This document shows, piece by piece, positions 31,192 to 40,302 of a stretch of DNA of 64,000 nucleotides. The notes under the pieces were generated by a model that worked only from the letters and a program-made list of their open reading frames with translations, did no database searches and was not told where the DNA came from. The position numbers and the translations under genes are program-made. The stretch comes from Acidimicrobiia bacterium. Its GTDB lineage: Bacteria; Actinomycetota; Acidimicrobiia; IMCC26256; JAOSJL01. The stretch is taken from positions 1,272,021 through 1,336,020 of the forward strand of contig JAWKJA010000002.1 of the NCBI GenBank assembly GCA_041394025.1, written 5' to 3'. How positions within the stretch are numbered: position 1 is the stretch's first letter; each line of letters starts with the position of its first letter.

Positions 31192-31266
31192 GGTGGCCGT
31201 AGCTCAGTTGGTTAGAGCGCCTGGTTGTGATCCAGGAGGTCGGGGGTTCGAATCCCCTCGGTCACC
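31192..31266 (+). tRNA. tRNA-His (anticodon GTG) with encoded G-1
   Basis: G-1 at 31192 opposite discriminator C. Anticodon stem cctgg/ccagg with loop ttgtgat, T loop ttcgaat. Confidence 0.9.
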
Positions 31267-31359
31267 CCGAGAAATGCTCTGACGCCCTCCTGACGTCCTC
31301 CCGGGTTGGTGCAGTTGTCGTCGCCGTATGACGAGGAACGCACCATCCGGCGGGGTTGG

Positions 31360-32286
31360 CTACGCCGGGCGGTCGAGGACCGCGCGCAGCGCCGACTCCA
31401 GGTCCGGGTGGGTGAACGAGAAGCCCGCGTCCTCGAGTCGCGCCGGAACCACACGCTGGCCGGCCAGCAGGGTCGAGTCGACCATCTCGGACGTGAGAAC
31501 GAGGCGGAGGGGCCACAGCGGCGTCGGCAGGAACGTCGGACGCCTCAGCACCGCCCCGAGTGTCGCGGCGAAGTCCTTCTGGCGCACGGGCCGGGGTGCT
31601 GTTGCGTTGACAGCCCCCGAGATCCCGTCGGACACGAGGATGTGGCGGATCGCCGCCACCTGGTCGGGCAACGAGATCCACGACAGCCACTGGTCGCCCG
31701 GACCGACCCGACCGCCCACTCCGAGTTTGAACGGCAGGAGCTGGCGCGCCAGGACTCCCCCGTGTCGGGCCATGACGAGGCCCGTCCGCAGGTGAGCGAC
31801 CCGGATCCCCGCCTCGCGCGCGGGCTCCGCCGACTCCTCCCATCGCGCGCAGAGCGCTGCCAGGAAGTCGTCGTCGCGGGTGTCGGACTCCTCGGTGAGC
31901 TCGTCGTCGCCCCTGTGGGCTCCGTAGACCCCGATGGCCGATCCGGAGATCAGCGTGGCGGGCGGGTCGCCGAGCGATGCGAGCGCGCGTGCCAGCAGCC
32001 GGGTGCTCTCCGTCCGGCTCCGGAGGAGCAACGCCTTGCGTTTCGGTGTCCACCGCTTGTCGCCGATCGGTGCTCCCACGAGGTGCACCACGGCGTCGAG
32101 CCCTTCGAGCGCTCCCGCGTCGATGACACCCGACTCGACGTCCCACGGCACGGTGTCGGTGTCACGGTCGGCGGAGTGGCCCGTGTCGGGACGTACCACG
32201 CGAAGCACCCGGTGCCCCGCCTCGAGGAGCGATGACACGAGAGCCGAGCCGATCAGCCCGGTGGACCCGGTGACAGCGACCTCCAT
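31360..32286 (-). CDS. TIGR01777-like NAD-dependent epimerase/dehydratase family protein (YfcH-like, DUF1731 C-terminus)
   Basis: Starts MEVAVTGSTGLIGSALV (Rossmann GxxGxxG) within track ORF 31360..32325. Confidence 0.8.
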   Translation of the reverse strand: MEVAVTGSTGLIGSALVSSLLEAGHRVLRVVRPDTGHSADRDTDTVPWDVESGVIDAGALEGLDAVVHLVGAPIGDKRWTPKRKALLLRSRTESTRLLARALASLGDPPATLISGSAIGVYGAHRGDDELTEESDTRDDDFLAALCARWEESAEPAREAGIRVAHLRTGLVMARHGGVLARQLLPFKLGVGGRVGPGDQWLSWISLPDQVAAIRHILVSDGISGAVNATAPRPVRQKDFAATLGAVLRRPTFLPTPLWPLRLVLTSEMVDSTLLAGQRVVPARLEDAGFSFTHPDLESALRAVLDRPA

Positions 32287-32367
32287 GTGCTCCTCCTTCA
32301 CGTCTCTGACGGCGTGACGGGCCACACCACGGTGCGGCAGACCCCGACGACGAGCGAAGCCGACGGG

Positions 32368-33750
32368 ATGAGCGTGTCACACCTGTCGTGCGACCAGAAT
32401 GGCGCGGTGCACATCGTTGTCATCGGCGCCGGCGAGGTCGGATCGTACCTGGCCGAGCGACTGAGCCGCGAGGGCCACGACGTGGCCATGGTGGAACAGG
32501 ATGCCGACCGTCTCGAGCAGCTCACACGCCGTGTCGACGTCCTCGGGGTGCGCGGCGGGGGTGCGAGCCCCTCGGTCCTGAAGGACGCACGGATCGACCG
32601 GTGCGACCTGATCGTGGCCGTCACGAACATCGACGAGACCAACATGCTCGCCTGCAAGCTCGGCAAGCTGCTCGGCGTCGAGACAGCCGTGGCCCGGATC
32701 GAGAACGCGGAGCTGCGCGCCGCGACCAGCAAGCAGGTGCGCGAGGACATGGGCATCGACCTCGTGGTCGACCCCGACGCAGAGACCGCCGAGCAGATCT
32801 TCGATCTCCTGGAATTCCCCGGGACCGCCGAGGTGGCCAAGATGGCCGGCGGCGACCTCGTCGTGATCGGCGCCCGGATTCCCGACCATGCTCCTCTCGT
32901 CGGCAAGTCGCTGGCGGAGATCGCCGCGGAGCACGAACCGAACTGGGACTTCCTCTTCGGCGCCATCGTGCGCGGAGACACGACCATCATCCCGCGGGGT
33001 GACCACCGGATCGAGGCCGACGACTACGTGCGCATCGTCTGCCGAACGAAGGCGCGGCGCGAGATCCTCGGTGAGCTCGGGCTCGACCGCGCCACCCCCA
33101 AACGCATCATGGTGCTGGGCGGCGGTCGTATAGGCCAGGCCGTGGCGGAGCACGTCACGAAGCGCAACGCCAGGGTCGTGATCGTCGATCGCGATGCCGA
33201 CCGTGTCGAGCAACTCGCCCGCGACGTACCCCGGGCGCTCGTTGTGCGCGGGGAGATCACAGACGACGAGCTTCTCCACCAGGAGGGTGTCGCGTCTGCC
33301 GACGCCGTTATCGCCCTCACCGGCGAAGACGACGCCAACGTGCTCGCGTGCATCTTCGCCAAGTCGGCGGGAGCCGTCGAGACGATCGCGGTCGCGCACC
33401 GCCTCGAACTCCTCCCGCTTCTCAAGCAGGTCGGCATCGACGTTGCCCTCTCACCTCGAACAGCGAGTGCGAACGCCGTGATGCGCTTCGTACGTGGCGG
33501 CGTCGCCGTCTCGACCGCACTCGAGGGTGACGCCGAGGTCGTGGAGCTCGAGGTGCAGGAGGGAAGTACCGTCGACGGAGCCCTCATCGCCGAACTGCGG
33601 CTGCCCAAGGAAGGCGTCGTCATCGGGGGTGTCGTGCGCGACGGCAAGGGGCAGATCGCTCGCGGGCGCACAGCCCTCCGTAGCCGGGACCACGTGATCA
33701 TCTTCGGGATGCCCGACAAGATCCAAGACGTCGCGCCGATGTTCGGCTGA
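32368..33750 (+). CDS. trkA: Trk system potassium uptake protein TrkA (two RCK/NAD-binding repeats)
   Basis: HIVVIGAGEVGSYLAERL and a second repeat IMVLGGGRIGQAVAEHV. Start taken as the ATG at 32368; the alternative GTG at 32407 directly precedes the first Rossmann motif. Confidence 0.88.
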   Translation: MSVSHLSCDQNGAVHIVVIGAGEVGSYLAERLSREGHDVAMVEQDADRLEQLTRRVDVLGVRGGGASPSVLKDARIDRCDLIVAVTNIDETNMLACKLGKLLGVETAVARIENAELRAATSKQVREDMGIDLVVDPDAETAEQIFDLLEFPGTAEVAKMAGGDLVVIGARIPDHAPLVGKSLAEIAAEHEPNWDFLFGAIVRGDTTIIPRGDHRIEADDYVRIVCRTKARREILGELGLDRATPKRIMVLGGGRIGQAVAEHVTKRNARVVIVDRDADRVEQLARDVPRALVVRGEITDDELLHQEGVASADAVIALTGEDDANVLACIFAKSAGAVETIAVAHRLELLPLLKQVGIDVALSPRTASANAVMRFVRGGVAVSTALEGDAEVVELEVQEGSTVDGALIAELRLPKEGVVIGGVVRDGKGQIARGRTALRSRDHVIIFGMPDKIQDVAPMFG

Positions 33751-33754
33751 GCCG

Positions 33755-35278
33755 ATGGCCGGGACCTCACAGAACCAGCCGGTCACGCGCTCGGGCCGCG
33801 TCGAGTCGGTGGTTCTTCACATCGTCGGCCTCGCGTTGATCATCGGTGGTCTCGGCATGGTCGTGAGCGCCGCCATCGACATCTCCGACAGCGCCACGCA
33901 GGCGCTCGAGATCCTGGCGTGCGGTGTCGGGAGTCTCGCGATCGGTTTCCTCTTCAACCGGGTCTCGGTGGTTCCCGAGCGGATCGACACGAGCAGCGTG
34001 TTCGCCGCCGTCGCCTTCAGCTGGGTGGCGCTCACGCTGGTGTCGGCCGTCCTCTACGTCGTGACGGGGACCTTCGACTCCTTCGCCGACGGTGTGTTCG
34101 AGTCGGTCTCGGGCTTCACCACCACGGGAGCCACGGTCCTCGATCCGATCGAGGGAACCGCCCACGGCGTGCTCTTCTGGCGGTCGACGACTCAGTGGCT
34201 CGGCGGCATGGGTGTCATCGTCCTCGTGGTCGCCGTCCTGCCCGTTCTGGGGGTCGGTGGCATGGATCTCCTCGCGGCGGAGGCTCCGGGCCCGTCCGAC
34301 GAGCGCCTCACCCCCCGTGTGCGGTTCACGGCTCAACGCCTCTGGGCGATCTACGTGGGGTTCACGCTCGCGATCATCGGGGCGTACGTGATCGGGGGGA
34401 TGAGCGTCTTCGACGCCGTCAACCACGCGTTCACGACGATCTCCACCGGTGGCTTCTCGACCTATGACGACTCGTTCGCCCATTTCGGATCGACGTACCT
34501 GGAGTGGGCAGCCGTCGTCAGCATGTTCGCGGCCGGTGCCAGCTTCCCGATGTACTACCGGGTCCTGCGTGGTCGGTCGATCCGGCTGTTCCGGTCGATG
34601 GAGGCAGGGACGTACCTGGGAATCGTCCTCGTCGGCACGGCCATCATCCTGATCGTGAACCGCGTCGAGGTCGGTGTCGGCCACGGCGCCGTACGCGAGA
34701 CGCTCTTCACCGTCGTCTCGATCTCGAGTACGACGGGCTACGGGCTCATCGACTTCACCCAGTGGGCGGTGGCACCCCAGACGCTCCTGTTGATCATGAT
34801 GGCCATGGGCGCGATGGCCGGCTCCACCGCCGGAGGCTTCAAGGTCATCCGCGTCCTCGGAATCATGCGCTTCGCCCGCCGCGAGCTCCTGCGGGCACTG
34901 CATCCCGAGCTCGTCCGGCCCGTGCGCGTCGGCCGGAGCATCCTCGAGGAGCGGGTCGTCAACCGGATCATGGGCTTCTTCGTGATGTTCCTGGGAACGA
35001 TCCTCGTCGCCACGGTCACCATCGCGGCTTTCGAGGTCGATCTCGTCACCGCGCTCTCGGCCGCCGTCAGCTCGATCGGGAACGTCGGGCCCGCCCTGGG
35101 CGAGCTCGGGTCGGGCAACTACACGAACGTCGACACCGGCGCGGACATGGCGGCAGCTGCCACGATGCTCCTCGGACGCCTGGAGATCTATCCGGTCCTG
35201 CTGGCTGTCGCCGCGTTCCCGCGCTGGAGGGCGCGGTGGGACGCACAGAACCGAGTCCGACGGTCCGCGCGGCGCTGA
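33755..35278 (+). CDS. trkH: TrkH-family potassium transporter membrane subunit
   Basis: 507-aa polytopic protein with selectivity-filter-like repeats (SGFTTTGATV, TISTGGFST, SSTTGYG, SSIGNVGPALG). Follows trkA by 4 nt. Confidence 0.9.
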   Translation: MAGTSQNQPVTRSGRVESVVLHIVGLALIIGGLGMVVSAAIDISDSATQALEILACGVGSLAIGFLFNRVSVVPERIDTSSVFAAVAFSWVALTLVSAVLYVVTGTFDSFADGVFESVSGFTTTGATVLDPIEGTAHGVLFWRSTTQWLGGMGVIVLVVAVLPVLGVGGMDLLAAEAPGPSDERLTPRVRFTAQRLWAIYVGFTLAIIGAYVIGGMSVFDAVNHAFTTISTGGFSTYDDSFAHFGSTYLEWAAVVSMFAAGASFPMYYRVLRGRSIRLFRSMEAGTYLGIVLVGTAIILIVNRVEVGVGHGAVRETLFTVVSISSTTGYGLIDFTQWAVAPQTLLLIMMAMGAMAGSTAGGFKVIRVLGIMRFARRELLRALHPELVRPVRVGRSILEERVVNRIMGFFVMFLGTILVATVTIAAFEVDLVTALSAAVSSIGNVGPALGELGSGNYTNVDTGADMAAAATMLLGRLEIYPVLLAVAAFPRWRARWDAQNRVRRSARR

Positions 35279-35340
35279 CGATCGGGACGGTACGGATGGC
35301 GACGGCTACGATCACCCGGCGGCGCGCGAGCGCCGCACCT

Positions 35341-35414
35341 GCGCCCCTAGCTCAATTGGCCAGAGCAACGGACTCTTAATCCGCAGGTTCGGGGTTCGAG
35401 TCCCCGGGGGCGTA
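35341..35414 (+). tRNA. tRNA-Lys (anticodon CTT)
   Basis: Acceptor gcgcccc/ggggcgt (G1-U72), anticodon loop ctcttaa, T arm cgggg-ttcgagt-ccccg. Confidence 0.85.
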
Positions 35415-35567
35415 CTCGGATCTACCCCGTTCGGGCCCACGATCCTGCCCACCTGCCGACCGTTGTTGCAGGCCTGAACCCCTTGCGACCGTCGGACTCG
35501 ACGTGTTTCGTCGAGGCGCCACCAGGGCCTTCGCCACCAAGACAGGTTCGCTACACCTTGGGAATCC

Positions 35568-36260
35568 ATGTTGGCTGTCGCACCGCGGCGTTACGGTGGA
35601 GGCATGGCGAGCACGCTCGATGTGAACCGCTTGAAGAACGCTGCCACCGAATTCGCCGAGTCACTTCGTTCCAGGCCGATCCCGGAGCTCTATGGAACGA
35701 CGGACGGCAAAGCCTTGGGGACCTGGGTCGAGGCGAGCTTCAATGAATTCCTCGCAGAGCGGTACGCGTACGAGCCGGGGAACCCAGCTCGTGGAATCGA
35801 CTTCCCAGAGCTCGAAGTCGATCTGAAGGCGACATTCATCAAACAGCCGCAGTCGTCGTGTCCGTTTCGCGACGCGGCACAGAAGATCTTCGGCCTGGGC
35901 TACGACCTCCTCGTTTTCGTGTACGAGAAGACGGACACGCACGAAACCCAATCCGCGGCGATCGATGTGCGCCACGCACTGTTCATCGATCGATCGAGGA
36001 CCGGCGACTATCAGACGACCAGAGGAATCCTCGAGATCCTTGACCGCGACGGGAACCTCGACGACCTCCTCGCATTCATGGAGGACCGGAATCTGCCGGT
36101 TGACGAGACCGGTCGGACCGTACTGGCCGAACGAGTTCTCAACGACCCCCCGACACAGGGTTACCTCACGATCAGCAACGCGCTTCAGTGGCGGCTCCAG
36201 TATGGCCACGCGATCACGAACGCAGGAGAGGACAACGGTGTCGAGGACCTTGTCTCGTAA
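35568..36260 (+). CDS. putative type II restriction endonuclease (PD-(D/E)XK-like)
   Basis: 230-aa ORF immediately upstream of, and overlapping, a DNA methyltransferase. The segment ARGIDFPELEVDLKATF gives a D...(D/E)xK pattern. Alternative start at ATG 35604, preceded by ggtggagg. Confidence 0.55.
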   Translation: MLAVAPRRYGGGMASTLDVNRLKNAATEFAESLRSRPIPELYGTTDGKALGTWVEASFNEFLAERYAYEPGNPARGIDFPELEVDLKATFIKQPQSSCPFRDAAQKIFGLGYDLLVFVYEKTDTHETQSAAIDVRHALFIDRSRTGDYQTTRGILEILDRDGNLDDLLAFMEDRNLPVDETGRTVLAERVLNDPPTQGYLTISNALQWRLQYGHAITNAGEDNGVEDLVS

Positions 36261-37851
36261 GGAGCTCGGCGACTTTCAGACGCCTCGGGAACTCGCAGTC
36301 GAGTGCACTCGGGTAGTGGCGGGGATTCAGCCTGGAACACGCCGAGTGCTGGAACCAACGTGCGGTGAAGGGTCCTTCCTGCTCGCTGCGGCCTCCGTCC
36401 TCGAGGCGCCCTTGGAGATGCTCGGAGTCGAGATACAGCCCACGCGTGCCGATATTGCCCGCCGCCTCCTCGGAGGGTTCGACCTCACGGGAACGACGTG
36501 GCGAGTCGAGGTCGGCGATATCTTCCGCCACGATCTGAACACGCTCCAGTGGGAGACGGACGGTCCACTGCTCGTCCTGGGGAATCCGCCGTGGGTCACG
36601 TTGTCAGACCTCGGCGCCATGGACTCGAACCAGATACCCGAACGTACGAACGTGCGCTCGGTACGGGGTATCGATGCACTCACCGGAGAGTCGAACTTCG
36701 ATGTCGCCGAGTATATCTGGATGCGACTACTGACAGAGTTGCGTGGAGCGGAGCCGACTGTCGCACTCTTGTGTAAGACCTCCGTCGCGCGTCGAGTCCT
36801 CACGCTGGTAGCTCACCTGGAGCTGCACCTGGCTGAGTCGTTCCTGTGGCGTATCGACGCAAGAAAGCACTTTGGCGTGGCGGTCGACGCATGTTTCTTC
36901 GCGGTTCGGCTCGACGGAAGGAGCCACAATTACCGGTGCCAGGTTTTTGACTCACTCGCTGCGAACTCTCCAGTGGTCACAATGGGCTTGGTGAACGGCG
37001 CTCTCGTTGCCGACGTCGATGCTCACACGGCGTCGCGGCAATTCGACGGGTCCTCGCCTGTCGAGTGGCGGCAAGGTGTCAAGCACGACGTGGCCGCTGT
37101 CATGGAACTCCACCCCGCCGACGGGGGCAAGCTCCACAACGCACTCGGCGAGACAGTCGAGGTCGAAGACGACTGGGTGTATCCACTCCTCAAGGGTTCG
37201 GACGTCAACGCTGGTCGCAGCCCAGCACGCCGGGTCATCGTGACCCAACGAACATTGGCCGATGACACGAAAGGCCTCCGCTATGCAGCGCCGAGGCTCT
37301 GGGCATACCTGCAGCGCCACACCGCACGTTTCGCTGGCCGCAGGTCATCGATCTACCGGAACCGCGCAATGTTCTCCCTCTTCGGTATCGGCCCCTACAC
37401 CTTCGCACCTTGGAAGGTCGCAGTGTCGGGCCTCCACAAGGTCCCGAGGTTCCAACTCGTGGGTCCCTGTGACAGTCGGCCTGTCTTACTCGACGACACC
37501 TCGTACTTCCTTCCGTGCGACTCGGCGGCCGAGGCGGCCGTTCTTCTCAGCGCGCTGAGGTCCGAGTCCGCAACTCTCCTGCTCACGTCGTTGCTCTTCG
37601 TCGATGCCAAGCGACCCGTCACGAAGAAGCTGCTACAGCGAATCGACCTCGCTGCCGTTCTACGCCACGACCGTGCCGACATCGAAGTGGACGCACAGGC
37701 CACGCTCAAGACGGTCGGTACAAACGGCGATGCCACGACAGTCGCTCAGACAGTCCGCCAGCTCCTGCAGCAGTGGGACGGGGCCGAGGCGACGCCGTCA
37801 CTTTTCGACGACACCGACTTCACCGCACGCGACACCACCACGACCATCTGA
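36238..37851 (+). CDS. N6-adenine DNA methyltransferase, gamma class (M.TaqI/Eco57I-like, NPPW)
   Basis: Motif X LGDFQTPREL, motif I VLEPTCGEGSFL, motif IV LVLGNPPWV, and a long C-terminal target-recognition region. The GTG at 36238 is preceded by aggagagga. An alternative ATG lies at 36202. The gene overlaps the REase 3-prime end. Confidence 0.82.
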   Translation: MSRTLSRKELGDFQTPRELAVECTRVVAGIQPGTRRVLEPTCGEGSFLLAAASVLEAPLEMLGVEIQPTRADIARRLLGGFDLTGTTWRVEVGDIFRHDLNTLQWETDGPLLVLGNPPWVTLSDLGAMDSNQIPERTNVRSVRGIDALTGESNFDVAEYIWMRLLTELRGAEPTVALLCKTSVARRVLTLVAHLELHLAESFLWRIDARKHFGVAVDACFFAVRLDGRSHNYRCQVFDSLAANSPVVTMGLVNGALVADVDAHTASRQFDGSSPVEWRQGVKHDVAAVMELHPADGGKLHNALGETVEVEDDWVYPLLKGSDVNAGRSPARRVIVTQRTLADDTKGLRYAAPRLWAYLQRHTARFAGRRSSIYRNRAMFSLFGIGPYTFAPWKVAVSGLHKVPRFQLVGPCDSRPVLLDDTSYFLPCDSAAEAAVLLSALRSESATLLLTSLLFVDAKRPVTKKLLQRIDLAAVLRHDRADIEVDAQATLKTVGTNGDATTVAQTVRQLLQQWDGAEATPSLFDDTDFTARDTTTTI

Positions 37852-37870
37852 CCTCCGTCATGAACGCGAC

Positions 37871-37889
37871 CTGATCCAGAGGGGATCAG
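37871..37889 (+). terminator. hairpin downstream of the methyltransferase gene
   Basis: ctgatcc-agagg-ggatcag (7-bp stem, 5-nt loop) starts 20 nt after the stop codon. There is no U-tract, so function is uncertain. Confidence 0.25.
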
Positions 37890-37964
37890 CGGCGGGAGGG
37901 CATCTCGTTTGGGGGCCTCGGCGACCGGCCACTCTGGCCTGCCGCGATCGTCGATACTGTCGGT

Positions 37965-38813
37965 GTGCCGGAACGCCGCTTTCTCGTCGCCAAGAACCCG
38001 GATCTCGACTCGTCGTTGCCGTTCCTGGTCCGGCTCCCGATCGGCCCGCACGGGTTGGTGCTGAAGGCCCGGGAGACGTGGCCGCGGACGTCGAAGGTCT
38101 ACTGCCACCGGGCGGCAGAGGGCGAGTGGCACGACAGCCTCGAGATCCTCGAAGACGTCGGTGTGCGATCATGCGTGCGCAAGGGCGTCGCCATCGACCT
38201 GGTGCTCGACCGTGGCAAGGAACACCGGAGCCAGCTCGTGTTCACCCGGTTGAAGGGTGGCCGGGAGGCCATCTTCTGGCAGAGTGCGAAGACCACCCGG
38301 AAGGCCCGCCCGTCGGTGAGGGTTCCGGGTCGGCGTGCCTCGAACCTGCCGAACTTCACCATCATCGTCGACACCCGGGAGCGGTATCCGTACAAGTTCG
38401 CCAAGCAACGGGTTGCCGCGGAGCGGGGCAAGCTCCCGGTCGGTGACTACGGCGTCCTCCACGACGATGAGGTCGTCGCGCTGGTCGAGCGCAAGAGCAT
38501 GGCGGACATCTCGAAAGGACTCACCGACGGCGGGTTCGCGTATCAGCTGGCCGATCTGGCGACCCATTCGCGAGCGGCCGTCGTGGTCGAGGAACGCTAC
38601 TCCAGCCTGTTCAAGAACGAACACGTCAGAGGCGGCTGGCTCGCCGATCTCCTCGCGCAGCTCCAGGTCCGCTACCCCACCGTGCCGATCGTCTTCTGCG
38701 AGACCCGCCCGCTCGCCGAGGAGTGGACGTTCCGCTTCCTGGGAGCCGCCCTCGCCCACCACCTCGATGAGCCCGAGGGTCCGACTGCCCCCCGGATCTG
38801 GCGCGAAACGTAG
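37965..38813 (+). CDS. ERCC4 (XPF/Mus81-type) nuclease domain protein with an uncharacterised N-terminal domain of about 125 aa
   Basis: 282 aa. The C-terminal half carries IIVDTRERYPYKF ... LPVGDYGV ... VALVERKSMADISKG, which is the GDxn-ERKxxxD ERCC4 signature. I cannot place the N-terminal half (FLVAKNPDLDSSLPFLVRLPIGPHGLVLKARETWPRTSKVYCH...) in any family. Confidence 0.75.
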   Translation: MPERRFLVAKNPDLDSSLPFLVRLPIGPHGLVLKARETWPRTSKVYCHRAAEGEWHDSLEILEDVGVRSCVRKGVAIDLVLDRGKEHRSQLVFTRLKGGREAIFWQSAKTTRKARPSVRVPGRRASNLPNFTIIVDTRERYPYKFAKQRVAAERGKLPVGDYGVLHDDEVVALVERKSMADISKGLTDGGFAYQLADLATHSRAAVVVEERYSSLFKNEHVRGGWLADLLAQLQVRYPTVPIVFCETRPLAEEWTFRFLGAALAHHLDEPEGPTAPRIWRET

Positions 38814-38837
38814 GTCCGGGGCCGTGGGGCACCCAGC

Positions 38838-40232
38838 TCAACTGAAGCCGGGGAGATAGTCGGCCTCGGCGGCGAAGAGGTCGTCGGCCATCTGCTCCGT
38901 CTCGTGGGGCGTGAGGACCGAGCGGCACAGAGGGTCGAGGAGCAACGCGTGCAGCGCGGCTTCCTTGGAGCGCTCGATGGCTGCGGTGGCACCCAGGTCG
39001 TGGACACCGATGGTCGATGCGCACACATGTGCCATCTGCGGCGGTAGCGCACCGAAGCGCGTCGGGCGGACCCCTTGGCGGTCGACCATGCAGGCGACCT
39101 CGACACAGGCATCGGCCGGCAGGTTCGTGATGAGCCGGCCCGAGCCGTCGGGGGCGGCGTTCGGGACGTTGCCGTGGATCCGGAACGGCTCGTCCTTCTC
39201 GCGGGCCTCGATGATCCACGACGCGTACTCCCAGCCCCGGGAGCGGTCGAACTCGTCCTCGTCGTCGAGCAGGCTGCGCCGCTTCTCGTCGGCCTCGGCC
39301 CGCCACACCGGCCAGTTGGTGGCGTAGAACCGGGACTCCCCGTCGTAGCCGTCGCCGAGATAGGCCCGGCCCTCGTCGCTGTGGCGGTAGTGGGGCACGT
39401 ACTCCGAGAGGTGCCCGGAGCTCTCGGTGATGAACGCTCCGTAGTGGAGCATCATGTCCTTGCGCACACGGTCGGTCCCGACGTCGTCGGGCCAGGCGTT
39501 GTCGGACCCGGCCGGGTCGCCGTAGAGCTCGGCGCGAGCCTGGGCCTTCAGACGCGGGTACTGGTCGACGCCGTCGAGGCGGAGATCCGTGAACCAGGCG
39601 AGGTGGTTCACCCCGGCGCACGCCCAGGCGAGTTCCGTGTGGGCGACACCGAGGCGGGCGGAGAGGATCGCCTGGGTGGCCTGCACGGAATGGCACAGCC
39701 CCACGACCGGCACCTCGGGAACGGCCCGGGCCGCGGCGAGGCACATCATGCTCATCGGGTTGGTGTAGTTGAGCATGATCGCCTGCGGGCACAGCTCGGC
39801 CGTGTCGCGCAGGATGTCGAGGAAGACCGGGATGGTGCGCAATCCCTTGAAGAGACCGCCGGGGCCGATGGTGTCGCCGATGCACTGGTCGACGCCGTAC
39901 TCCGAGGGGATGTCGTTGTCGTAGCCGACGCAGTCGAGGCCCGACACCTCGACGCAGCAAACGGCGTAGTCGGTGCCGACGAGGACCTCCCGTCGGTCGA
40001 CGGTGCTCGACACGGTCCACCCCGCCGCCCCGAGCTCCGCGGCCAGCTTCTCGATGAGGTGGTGCATGAGCTCGAGCCGCACGGGGTCGATGTCGACGAG
40101 GCGGAACTCGCCGCCGACGTTCCCGGGGATCCGCATGACGTCGCGACACAGCTCGGGACAGAACATGGACCCGGCGCCCAGGAACGTGACGACGACGGGC
40201 CGGGGCATCGGGCGCAGGTCCGTGTCGGTCAC
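38838..40232 (-). CDS. glycoside hydrolase family 4 (NAD/Mn-dependent alpha-galactosidase/alpha-glucosidase)
   Basis: 464 aa, VTFLGAGSMFCPEL...GLCHSVQ, typical GH4 motifs. Confidence 0.85.
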   Translation of the reverse strand: MTDTDLRPMPRPVVVTFLGAGSMFCPELCRDVMRIPGNVGGEFRLVDIDPVRLELMHHLIEKLAAELGAAGWTVSSTVDRREVLVGTDYAVCCVEVSGLDCVGYDNDIPSEYGVDQCIGDTIGPGGLFKGLRTIPVFLDILRDTAELCPQAIMLNYTNPMSMMCLAAARAVPEVPVVGLCHSVQATQAILSARLGVAHTELAWACAGVNHLAWFTDLRLDGVDQYPRLKAQARAELYGDPAGSDNAWPDDVGTDRVRKDMMLHYGAFITESSGHLSEYVPHYRHSDEGRAYLGDGYDGESRFYATNWPVWRAEADEKRRSLLDDEDEFDRSRGWEYASWIIEAREKDEPFRIHGNVPNAAPDGSGRLITNLPADACVEVACMVDRQGVRPTRFGALPPQMAHVCASTIGVHDLGATAAIERSKEAALHALLLDPLCRSVLTPHETEQMADDLFAAEADYLPGFS

Positions 40233-40302
40233 GATCGCAGGCTATCCGGACACCCGACGAGGCCGTCCGGCGCGGCGGTTCGCCTGTACGCTGCGGCGCA
40301 CC

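Larger units (their letters stand above)
35415..38830. other. putative small genomic islet inserted at the 3-prime end of tRNA-Lys (restriction-modification genes plus an ERCC4-fusion nuclease)
   Basis: Three plus-strand genes sit between tRNA-Lys and a convergent GH4 gene. Base composition is visibly more AT-rich than the flanks (for example ttcaatgaattcctc and gtttttgactcac). No integrase and no convincing direct repeat of the tRNA end were found. Confidence 0.45.

Noticed and set aside
38790-38860. Search for a direct repeat of the tRNA-Lys 3-prime end (attR) at the right edge of the islet
   Set aside because: Only a weak resemblance was found (tccggggccgt versus tccccgggggcgt). No integrase is present and the match is too short and degenerate to call. 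The islet boundary therefore stays inferential.
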